This document shows, one piece after another, positions 49,813-63,249 of a stretch of DNA of 64,000 nt. This DNA comes from Dicyema japonicum (taxonomy: Eukaryota > Animalia > Dicyemida). Within the stretch, counting starts at the first letter, position 1. Every line of letters starts with the position of its first letter. Made by a program: the position numbers and the translations under genes. The notes below the pieces were generated by a model. The model saw only the letters and a program-made list of their open reading frames with translations. It searched no databases and was not told the DNA's origin. The stretch covers positions 982,513 through 1,046,512 of the forward strand of contig RDEW01000021.1 of NCBI GenBank assembly GCA_011109175.1, in the 5' to 3' direction.

Positions 49813-51364
49813 CCATAAAGGACATAATCCAAGAAAAAGAAACAAAGAAGTGAAAAGCAGTCCTTGATCTTACTTGATTCTTTGCTTAAAATAAAGTGTG
49901 TGTTCTGCCTACGGGGAGCGATAACAAATATGGCTCCTCGGAAAGTGCGAATATTATTATGTCTATTTATGAAAATTACGTAAGAAATATATTAAACAGA
50001 CTGACATAAAATGAGATACACAAACTTACAAATTTATAATATAGAACAGGGTCCGCAGGCTTTTGGCTTCGCGGCCAAAATTGTATTGTTCATGAGATTT
50101 GGGACAAACTAGATAAATTATTAACTTTTAAAAAGAAGTGAATTTTTAAAAAAAATAAATTATTAACGTCTACGCTAATCTAGTTAGTTGCAAAAAATAT
50201 ATCGTTAATATGCGAATTAGTCATCCTCGTTCTTAGACAATTTTTACGTCATTCATCTTACTGTCACATAAAAATGCACTTCTAACTATAGAAGTCATTT
50301 TCGATTAGATGTTGATATTTTTTACATATACAAATTTTTGTAGAACTCAAAATATCAAATTCAAAAAAAATTTTGATTTAGTGTCGAATTGAATTTTAAG
50401 TAATCCCATGTTATAACAATCTGTTGTCTAAGTTTAAAAATAAATGAAGATTGAAAAAATGTTGAAAAATTTGTATAAACTGAAAAATTATTGTATAATC
50501 ATTATACTTTTAAATCCATGAAACGTGATGAAAATTTTAATTCAATTCCACAACTATGTTTGCATATTCAGGAACATCGGTAGATTCATAGAAAGAAAAT
50601 TCACAAAATGCGTCATATTTCCTCTTTGTAACTGTAATTCCACGACTTCAATTTTTTTTTGAAAAACAGTGATTAGGGCATGCATTTAATGTATAAATTA
50701 ATTACTTCCCCGCATTACAAATTTAGGTCATTTATGCCAAGTTATATCCACGAAAAATGTCAATTTGTAAGTGATAACAGTATTTTGTAAACATGAAAAA
50801 TCATAATTCTTTTCCTCGAGGAAAAGTACAACATCATCCCGTATATTGATAGCGCGATTCTCCTGTGAACTTTAGAAATTTTAGTAATACCAATTTCATA
50901 ATGTCGATTGATGTTATGAAGCTTTTGGACAGCAACTGTTATCGAAGCATAACAGGCATATAAGATTTCCATTATCCTCAATAAAGAAATTGTCATGAGT
51001 CAAATCTGCATTAAATGTAGGAGTTTGAAAATCTTTCATTCTTTTCGGACATTCGGAATTTTAATTGGCAACAAAATTTATTAACACGTTTTAAAATTTA
51101 TTTAATTTTTAATGATAAGTAAAAAAATAAAAAATATTATACTAAATAGCCCGCGGGCCAATTTAGTAAGAAAATTTTGTAGACGGGCCAATTTCCTTTA
51201 GTATTATAAAATTTGTTCACGGACCATTTTAAATTTTCCGCGGGACACCATTTGACGACCACTAGTATAGAAGATAAATTTAATGTAAAATAATTCGATT
51301 AGTTTTTTTAATTAGGATTTTTTAAAATTATTATTTTAATATAAAATCTGTAATTTTTAAACAA

Positions 51365-53725
51365 ATGCAAATTCCTTCTTTATATGCACTTTGCATTAAT
51401 GACTTTCGAAAAAACATTAATATGAATAAATATGGTGGATTAAGCTCAAAATCGAAGACGATGATTTGCAAAAGAATACATTATGAAATTGAATATTTGA
51501 AAGAACAATTCACTGAAGATATTATCAGTGTTCAATGATTTCTCAACACTAAGTAAACTCACAAAAGTATGTTATAACATTTTCCGCCTTGATTTGTCGA
51601 CTAATCAAATCGACATTAAAGATTTAGCAAATTTGTGCCAAAATCTACCAAATTTAACGAATATCAAATTAGCTAAAATAGCATCTTCTGAGAATTCGGC
51701 ATATCTTCAGTATTCTCCAAATAATATCAATTCTTTCACACTTTTGGAATATGATGACCCAGTTTTACTTCTTTTGCTATTTAAAAGTGGATTCAGCGAA
51801 ATTAGGTCACTCGAACTTTTATCAGATTCTCTTCTTGAAAAAAGTACTCCAACAAAAATTTATTGCTGCACAGTCAAGCTGATCAGAAAACTCGAAAGTA
51901 TTAATTTTGACAATGTTCTGATATCTAATTTCGAAGAATTTTCCCAAAGTCTTGCCAGTCCCAGATCTCTAAAGTTTCTATTTTGTTAGATTAAGATATT
52001 TTTCGTATACAAACAGTAAAAATGTGCATAAATTAAGCTGCGATTGTAGACCGTTGCTAAAATAGCCAAGAATTTAAAATTCTTGGATTTGTCTGGATTC
52101 TCGATTGATTATGAATTATTAAAACCGTATTTTACTGTTAGATTTTTAGAGAACTGTCCAAAAAAAAGATTAACGAATTTTGCTTTCAAAAAATCGCAAT
52201 TTTTCAAAACTAATGTCAATGTTATATTATTAATTGTAGATAGAATCAAACTTACTGATAGATAATTTGGTTAATGCAATTTTTCACTTTGAGTATAAGG
52301 ACGGGCTGCTTTCTTCTACTTTAATTTATATTAATGATTGCGACTCTGAAATTCGGCCTTCAATTTATAAAAGATTTTTGAGGGTATTTGAAATTATAAT
52401 TTTTAAGTTTATCTGCCGCTTGTTGAAAACATCACGAAATACTAAGCTTATTCAACACATTATGTAATCGTGTGCGTTGATTTGATAGGTATTGCTTAAA
52501 ACCCATGAATGGAGTGCCCATATCTGAATCTTATCGATGGTTTGAGTTCATGTTAACTTAGTTTTATTTATGAAGCTGTCCTTGTTATTTTAGAAGAATA
52601 TTGTTCACATAATAAGGTAGATTCATTTTTATTTTTTCAGTTCAGAAAATTATTATACACCGTTGGAATGGATAAAACCATGGGAGTTATCAAATTTTGT
52701 ATTTTGTTTTTTCATTTTAGTTATTTTCTTTTTCGTTTATTACTCAAACATTCATGAAAGATGTGTACTCATACATTGAACTATATATGGATGATGTTGA
52801 TGTCATGTACCCCACAATGAAGAGTCAAAGTATAGAAGTTTTGTCTTATTTCGGATTTTACGAAATAATAAAGGTAATTGGTTAATTTAGATTTAGTCAA
52901 TTGTGAATAATTTTGAAAAATACAAGCAACTAGAAAGATTCATTATTGTAATATGTCGTGGAGAATTTTGTGGTATCTTGTAGGTCATTTGTTACCTTAT
53001 TTTTTAGATGCAAACAAAAAAAATGCCACCTTGTTGGTTGATTTGGGAGTGATTGATCTTATTATCGACTTCTTAGATCAATTTCATGAAAATATCTTCT
53101 ATATGATCTTTATATATCCAATTTTTAATGTTTTTGAAAATCTAACTAAATTCGGGAAAATTCGACCTCTGGTTAGAAAGAGTGGACTAATTAATTGTGT
53201 ATTGTATGTTTTGTGTAATTTTAATAGGAAATATGTCTATCACGAACATTGGCCGGATATATTGCTGCCATCTGCAATTGTCTATCAAACATAATGAGTG
53301 ACTTCACTAAATACCTGAGGATTTGCGATATTTTTGATGCTGAAAATAATAACATGTCTGAAAATATTCTTTCTGTTCAAATGATAGTCGGGAAGATGAA
53401 CTCTATGACAGATATCGTCGCTTAGATTTCATTAATACAAAAGATCGATTGATTCACTCGTAAACTTATTAAATGAGGACTTGGATCAAAGACTAAGGCT
53501 GTGGGCCATTTGGGAATTTTCTCAAATGGTTTACTACAAGCGTAATATTTGTTGATTTAGTAGCACATATATTTATCCCAATGATGATTCCTAAAAATGT
53601 CTTCAGTAAAATTGAGACTCTTTCTTCACTCTCTAATATTGAAAATCTACAAGAATATGCCATGAGTTTGAGAATCTTATAATGTATTTTTTGTATAATT
53701 TTAGAAATATCTTTCGAATCATTAA
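51365..53725 (+). pseudogene. ZYG11/ZER1-like gene, copy 2, frameshifted
   Basis: Collinear high-identity duplicate of 44731-47118; duplicated unit ~44420-47340 versus ~50850-54000. Confidence 0.7.
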
Positions 53726-54064
53726 TATTAATGATATTTTCTTTATTTAATTTTTTTAATAACTTAAAACTTTTTGATGTCGTTAGGTTTAAGTTAGTTT
53801 TAAAATATCATGTCACAGAGACTACCGATTACTGAGCGCGAAACGTTACTTAATGCTCGAATTTTTTTTTAATTTTTTTCTAAGTCCATTCGGGTAACGA
53901 GTACTCAGTAATTCGTTATTGACTGTGACATTTTATCATCAAAAAATAAACAAAAATTTATTAACTCAAAAGTTATTAACTAAATGAATGTTGACAAGAG
54001 ATTAATAAGCGTGTTTTGCACCGACTCTGTTGAATTTGAATTACTAACTTTTGGTTACATGAAA

Positions 54065-54417
54065 ATTCATCTAAAACAATTCATCTAAATAAAATGCATC
54101 TAAAAACAATTCGTCTAAATCGTCATGTTTGTCTAATAGCAATTAAATCATTTTATTCAAGATATTTAAAAAGAAATATTGTGAGCTATTTTTCTAAGAT
54201 ATTCATTTATATGGTCAAATCTAAAATTTTCAACATTTCATTTTATGCGTGAAGCACTTGAGCGAAAACACTTTTTTGGGGATTGTACCTCTCTTCCAGC
54301 TACAAATTGTTCTTATAATGATTCATTCAAATTTTGTTTTTTGTCAGACACTCGATAAAATTCCATATATTAGGGTGGTGCGATCCAATTAGAAAAACAT
54401 GACGATTTAGACGAATT
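54065..54417. repeat. 23-bp perfect inverted repeat with degenerate aattcatctaaa subrepeats (MITE/foldback remnant)
   Basis: aattcgtctaaatcgtcatgttt 54108-54130 versus aaacatgacgatttagacgaatt 54395-54417. Confidence 0.65.
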
Positions 54418-54889
54418 AGCCTTTTATGACCAATTATTTTAAAAATGCTGTTTCTCATGGTTACTAACATTCAGTCATTTAACGTTTGAAATTAATTGTT
54501 TAAGATGATAAGGTTGGAAATCAACTACTACATTGACACTGATTGTAACTAAATTTCACTATTTTTTGCAAAAATAAATTCACAGACTAGAATATCTCGA
54601 ACCAGAATTCACACTATAAATTAACAGTCCTGAAAAATTATTAGAACTATTTTATTTTTCAATGAAATTCTATTCATTTTTAGCATTTTCAGTATATCAA
54701 CACCTTAAATAATGAATAATTAATGTACGCATGGAAAATGGGAGATTCCTTTATAGTAAGATAAATAAGATCCTATAAATTGTATATTTTTATATACTAG
54801 ATTTATTTTTTATATAAGTTCTAGATTTAGTAATTTTAGCGCTAATAAATTTTTTATGTCGTATAAAATTCCCCAATCGGCTTCCTCCG

Positions 54890-55030
54890 CAAGGATCAAA
54901 GAAGGCATTTCCGTTCGACAGTGGGAACAATGGAGACGCACAGGCTTAGGATGGCACGTTTGGTTGCGGGAACTGGGATCACCCAACTAGTTGACATTAC
55001 TTTGTCTTTTTTTCTCGGTGATCCACTTGT
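54890..55030 (+). mobile_element. LINE 3' end, family of 3350-4380
   Basis: Matches the reverse complement of 3365-3500, including the gggatcacc/ggtgatcc hairpin. Confidence 0.75.
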
Positions 55031-55282
55031 CCTGCTTATAAGTTATGAGGACACTTTAGTTTTGATTTGAAGAATTCCTTTGGAAGTGCCATTCAGTTTC
55101 CTGACACTCAATTACTTACTTTCTATTGTTGAAGATTTTCTTTGCTGCATAGAGTTGATCGGAATAACTAAGGGATGTGACAATTTTGTAAATTCATATT
55201 TTGAGGATATAAAGTTGGATTGGAATGCGTGGGTATCTGCACTGATGTTGCTGCAACGATGACCGAAAAGTATGATAATGCG

Positions 55283-55600
55283 CTACGTGGGTCCATGTGG
55301 TGCTATGTGGCTAATTGGTTGAAGTCATCTGTTTGCTTGTTTGTTCCACCTCTCTCTTCATATTAGAGTGGCGTCATGTGATCCGCCTGTCTAGGTGGCG
55401 CCCAGTGCTTGGCTGGCACGAAAAGGATCATTTGCTTTCCCACAATCCACTGGAGGGGATTCCACAACTGCAAGTATGGACGTCTTTTACCCTATATGTT
55501 GATTGCGGATGGACTCTTTCTGTAGAAGTGGAAACTGGGTACATTTAGTTAGTTGTTTACTTTATCTTCTATCTCGGTGTATCAGAGGTTAATAAAAAAT
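55283..55600 (+). mobile_element. SINE subfamily A, full-length copy
   Basis: Head ctacgtgggtccatgtggtgctatgtggctaattgg, complete core, tail ggtgtatcagaggttaataaa. Confidence 0.85.
55370..55429 (+). ncRNA. Candidate HDV-like pseudoknot RNA motif (SINE core), reference copy
   Basis: ggcgtc-atgt-gatcc-gcc-tgtcta-ggt-ggcgcc-ca-gtgc-ttggctg-gcac-gaaaa-ggatc; order P1,P2,P3,P3',P1',P4,P2'; P1.1 not evident. Confidence 0.4.
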
Positions 55601-56350
55601 AAACAATAACTGGGCAATTTAAAACCTGTGGCAGAACGACCGAAGGCAATGGCGCGGCAACCAATTCTTCACTGGATTTTGGGACAAGATTATCTGTTCG
55701 GAGATTGGAGTCCAACAAGAAGACCCACTTGGTCCACTTCTCTTCGCTCTGGCCATCAATGAAATTGTCCGCTCTATCAACAGAACTAAACCTCTGGTAT
55801 CTTGATGACGCCACGATTGGAGGGCCGTGGTGAAAAGTTCATGACGTTCTGTCACAAGCCGTTCCGGCACTACGAAACCTCGGACTTGAGATAAACATAA
55901 AGAAATCGGAGCTAATAAATATCACATACTCGGAAAGTGATTTTATCAACGTGGTCGAGTCTTTCAACTCGGTACTACCTAGAATTAATGTTGTACCCAG
56001 GGAGCGGACATACTTTCTTGGGTGCCCACTTGACGAAAAGGAACTAACAAAAGAGGATGAACTCTCTAGAGTTACGGAGAAACTATCCTTACTCGATGCT
56101 CATACAGCGTTCTTCCTTTTGAAGAATAGCATCTGCTTGCCCAAATTCCTATACGCTTTCCGATGTTCTCCCTGCTTTAAACATCGTGACATCCTCCTGT
56201 CACTGGATAGGACATTGAGAAAATTAGCCGAATTGCTTCTAAACATTCACTTTGACGTGCCGAGTTGGAATCAATGCAGGCTTCCTACACGGCTCGGAGG
56301 TATAGGTCTCAGGTTGGCGCTGGAGATGGCCTTTCCAGCATATGTGTTCA
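55601..56350 (+). mobile_element. CRE-like retrotransposon RT fragment
   Basis: GVQQEDPLGPLL, WYLDDATIGG, YFLGCPL, LLKNSICLPKFLYAFRCSP, LPTRLGGIGLR. Confidence 0.8.
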
Positions 56351-56854
56351 TCGCTCTCAAGTGTATTAGTAAAATACTGATAATTGTTAAAAAACTATGT
56401 GTTCAAAAAATGTCATTTGAACCACTGCTCTAGAAAGTATGGTAATTGTGCACAAGCGCGGATTCACGGTGTCTAATAGAGAGTTCGTTACTGCTCCAAA
56501 CCAACTGTTAAATTCCCATTAATGGTGGTTTTGGTGATATCTCATTCGAGAAAGGGGATATAGATGAACTCAAGAGGGGGTGATTTTCTGTGATTCGAAC
56601 AGGACACCACAGTAATACTCAAATTATGATTTACTTTGGTTGATCATAATTCTTTATATTGAGAAATTCTTTAAGGTTATTAAGAATCCTCTCGTGCTTG
56701 ACCAGTATCCTTCATCTTTCTTTTTTCCTAAGCGTGACTATGCCGTCTTGTGCGAATAGTCCCTCTTTTATTTTGCCAATGTTGGTAATTACTAGAGGAT
56801 TTATTCTTGTATGTCACCTTTAAACACGATTGTATCAGATAATAAATAAAATGA

Positions 56855-57130
56855 TTCAAAAGACCGAACTAATTCTTTCATCCTGACACGTTCCAGTGGA
56901 ACCTTCACTAAGAACAGTGATCTAGAGAGCGTTGTTCGGAGAGCTGAGGTCGATTCCATAACTCGTTCCCTAGGGAACGAAATTGTCTTAATGGGAAAGA
57001 ATAGTTGGATTCTTTTGAATGCCGCCCAGGCATTTGGTGTCTCTGAGTAAGAAGAGTCCAATGACGCCATCAGAGTGAAAAAGGGAAATTTTCAACCAAT
57101 TAGCCACATAGCACGACGGTGTCACGTGAT
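56855..57130 (-). mobile_element. SINE subfamily C copy with a longer middle segment
   Basis: Reverse complement has head gtgctatgtggctaattggttgaa, core ggcgtcattggactc...ggcattcaaaagaatcc, tail caggatgaaagaattagtt. Confidence 0.7.
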
Positions 57131-57565
57131 TAAATTTATTCAACACATATGATAAGTAAAGTCGAAACGATTGAAAAAGAACATACTCGAAGATCTTTTA
57201 TGGATCTTTATTAAGTTTAAGACAATTTTCATATCCAAGGTATATAATTTTACATTTTATTTTTTGGCAACTCTTCAACTGTAATTACTCAATTTCCATT
57301 CATTACACTTTTTAATTTTTTTATAACTTGTTAATAATGTGGTGGAGAAAGTCAAATAATATTTTATCTCAACATCAGGGATTTGGAAGCAAACTAACAC
57401 GTTACCAAACAATTAGAAAGAAAGAACAACGAGGACATACAACTAAAAGTGAATTTAATATTAAATGATAATTAATTATATTTAGCTATAAAATTCATTA
57501 AAAATATAAATAAGTTTAACAAATAAAAAAAATTTAAATTTTCATTTTTTGTAGTGTTCTAGTAG

Positions 57566-60067
<2,502 letters not shown>

Positions 60068-60384
60068 TTTTGTTAATGATTTGTTATTTCTAATGTGATG
60101 ATTATTTCTGTTGGTTCAATGTTGGTATTGGCTGGCCAATTCAGTTGACTACCTATCTTTGTCCGGGCTCTTATTCTGTATGTTTGATAAGCTCGTAGCT
60201 GCACATTGGTCACAGAGTTTCCCCTTAAAGGTTTTCTTACATTAATCTCGAATTCGAAACTTTGGTTTAATTATTATGGCACATGCGCTGTTGATGATTA
60301 ATTTGTTATTATTTTTATTGAGGGGTCGAATTTTTCTAACCCTAACCCGCCGTGACAGAATTGGCAAACTTGGTGGGGGTCTTC

Positions 60385-60544
60385 TTATCCAGTTCCGCAG
60401 TGAGTATCCACTGATGACGGCGTCACTCGTCAAACCCTTTCTGCATTGTAGATGCGTGGAACCTTCCACCAGGTGAACAGAAGCGAGATTCGAACCCGTA
60501 GCCTAAGCCACTTAAGCCCGACACCTAATCACTATGCCACCCGG
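60385..60544 (-). mobile_element. tRNA-derived SINE (family E)
   Basis: A box tggcatagtgatt, B box ggttcgaatc; body ends gcggaactggata like the LINE tails. Confidence 0.7.
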
Positions 60545-60547
60545 TTA

Positions 60548-61145
60548 TAACCACCGCTATGTATAAGAAAATGCAGAAGATGTGGAGTTAGCGAAAACTA
60601 ATAAAAACAAATCTAAGAATAAGACTATACAACGCATATATAAAGCCGGGGCTTATGTACAACTGGGGTACATGGGGGTCACAAAGCTAGAGCTCAAGAA
60701 AATGGATATATTTCATCGCAAACAATTAAGCAATTGAATGGGCATAGGTTGGTCCAAGAAGATTTCCAAATATGAAATTATACTCTTTGGCACAATCGAG
60801 GCCAACAGGCATCGACATTATTGAATCAAGATGGAGATTTTTTGGGCACGTGCTTAGAATGGACATAAACGCTCTGCAAATATAATAATGGACAATTACT
60901 TTAACAATGAGAACAAATTATCGTTCAGAGGAAGACCCAAAGTCATTCTCCCTGTGGCTCTGAACAAGGATCTTAATTGGATTAGAAGAAATATTAAATC
61001 TGCAGAAGACCTAGAAGATCTAAGGACAGATGCGCAAAGCAGAAAGCGATGGAGACGTCTAGTGAAGCAGATTTTTGAAACGTGTGACAAAAACGGGGCC
61101 ATAGTTAATATAACGTTCTTTAGTTATGTGAAGTGCTTTTAATAA
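60548..61145 (+). mobile_element. RTE 3' fragment, family of 19122-21935
   Basis: Collinear with ~21365-21935; FRGRPKVILP, WRRLV; ends gtgctttttaataat. Confidence 0.85.
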
Positions 61146-63121
61146 TATTTAATAATAAGAAAATATTTTTAATATGTTAAAGCAAAATATAATTTGTTTA
61201 AAGCAAAATATTTCCCTGTTTTCGAGAGCTTCGAACCCCTTTTTGTTACATTTATCAGAATAGACGGATTCCATTAAAAAATGCCCAAGGCCGTTCATAT
61301 TTCTGATGAAGAACGCTTCACATCTTTAATCGATAAATAAATCAGTATCAATAACTGACCTCTTGGCTACGCTAATGAGCTTCACACGTATGACCCTCAG
61401 AATTACTGCCTCGGAACAAGATCGTAAACCAAAATATCATTTTTCATACGGCGTAAAGTATCATTTTCATCGAAAATAAGAAAGAATATAGATGTTTTTT
61501 GTCCTTACTAAAGTTCGGAAACCTGAACACTAAAGCAGAGGGGTGAACCGAAAACTGATGGAAGGTGACGTCCGTGCTTCTCTAAGAGTTTGAAACCATG
61601 TCCAACAGTTTTGGAGTTACTGAGAAAAAACACCTTGCTCCACCTTCAAACCATTTCCACCTAACGCTGCCAAGAGATCTTTTAATATCACCTTGTTCCA
61701 CCTTCACCTGAAACGAAATGATGAGATGAAAAAAAATCGTTTGCATGAAGTAGATTCCGGTTCCAGCTATGTAAACGATTTAATTTTAAAAGCTACTTTT
61801 GTTGCGGCACCAAGCTCTGATCACGTCTATCATCGACATGTTTCGCGTGGAATAATTTATAGAGGTTCGTTCCCATATTTGCTGGATTTCTTTTATGAGA
61901 GATCTATTGGGAATTTATAATGGAGTTAGGGGAGGAAGGACTTTTTTTAGTGACTTGGTGGATGATAACGTAAGAAATTGAAAAGCTGACAGGAAGACCC
62001 CTTAGGGCCCTTGCTTTAGCTTATTTAATGTGATGCGCATCATAAACTGTTAATTCAACTTGCGGTACTTTGATGATGCCACAATAGCTGGCCCATGGTG
62101 GAGACATGTATATCGCAAGCCAATCAAGCATTAGAAACCTTATACCAGGGAAAAATGACTGGGATAAGTAGATGTCTTGAAAGTGTTAAAGAATTTACAG
62201 AATCATCAATTTTAGTAATTTCAGCTCCACCTTCATGCTACCATATTTAATTTGCTGATGACATAGGTCAGTTATCTAGATTTCCTGGTTCGATAAGCAG
62301 AAGATAGGGAGACCATGATTGCTTCTCAATTTTCTCCCTAGCGCTTTTACCGAAATATTTCTCTTGCAATCGAGATATATGGGCCAAGTTCTGGTAATTT
62401 TATCATCTGTAACCAGGTGTTTATGACCTCTTTGCAATGGATAACGTTCTCTCCAATCACAATTGAAAGTGTATGAGCGACATAGCTTCAGCCTTTGAAC
62501 TGATCAATAACCCAAACAAAAGAAACATTTCTTCCATCCTATTATGTCACAAGGTTATTCGATTCAGGACTAGTGAAATACTCACAAAAAAGAATATTTG
62601 ATAGAGATATTCATTTTAACATAACTATGCGCCTTTTATTTCTTAGCGAAAGATGCAAACGAATTATCCGCCTATAACATAAGATCGAAGACATGGTTGA
62701 TCCAATAGAGTGAAACATGGTTTTGTGTATTTTCAAAACTTCAATTTTTCTCTGAATGTCTTTTTTCACTTTTTCTAAATAAAATATAAAAGATATCTCG
62801 TTTCCGCCGAAAGTCTTATAAATAATATCCGAAATTAACGACAAGGAACATTGAATTCAATGCTTGATAACGAGGCGTTCATAATTTGAATTCATTCTAA
62901 ATTACCTCGATGGTACCATCCTAGTAGCTTCCATTTTGCACAAAATTAAATCCAAAATTTTCCATAATCTAGTCAACCACTTTTAAACCTTGACTTTGTT
63001 AATTTACTGACTTGATGATTATAATATACTTCATTTGTCGACTTTGCAAATATCCCACTCTTTTTATGCAACGTGTTGAACTTAATGAAAATTCTGTGTT
63101 ACTCGTACCACAAAGAGTATC

Positions 63122-63123
<2 letters not shown>

Positions 63124-63162
<39 letters not shown>
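63124..63162. repeat. 39-nt poly-T run
   Basis: Directly visible. Confidence 0.95.
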
Positions 63163-63165
<3 letters not shown>

Positions 63166-63249
63166 GCAAGAAATGTTAATGCCTAAACTAAGACTTCCGA
63201 TTTTAAAAAAGCTAACAATATTTGTGAAAAATATCCCAAAGAGTTTTTA

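Noticed and set aside
60405-60440. ctgatgacggcgtcactcgtcaaac as a hammerhead
   Set aside because: Lacks the GAAA core; it is the antisense strand of the SINE E body.
60475-60544. Functional tRNA gene (also 23105-23160)
   Set aside because: A and B boxes are present, but I could not form an acceptor stem or anticodon arm, and the sequence continues into a repeated SINE body.
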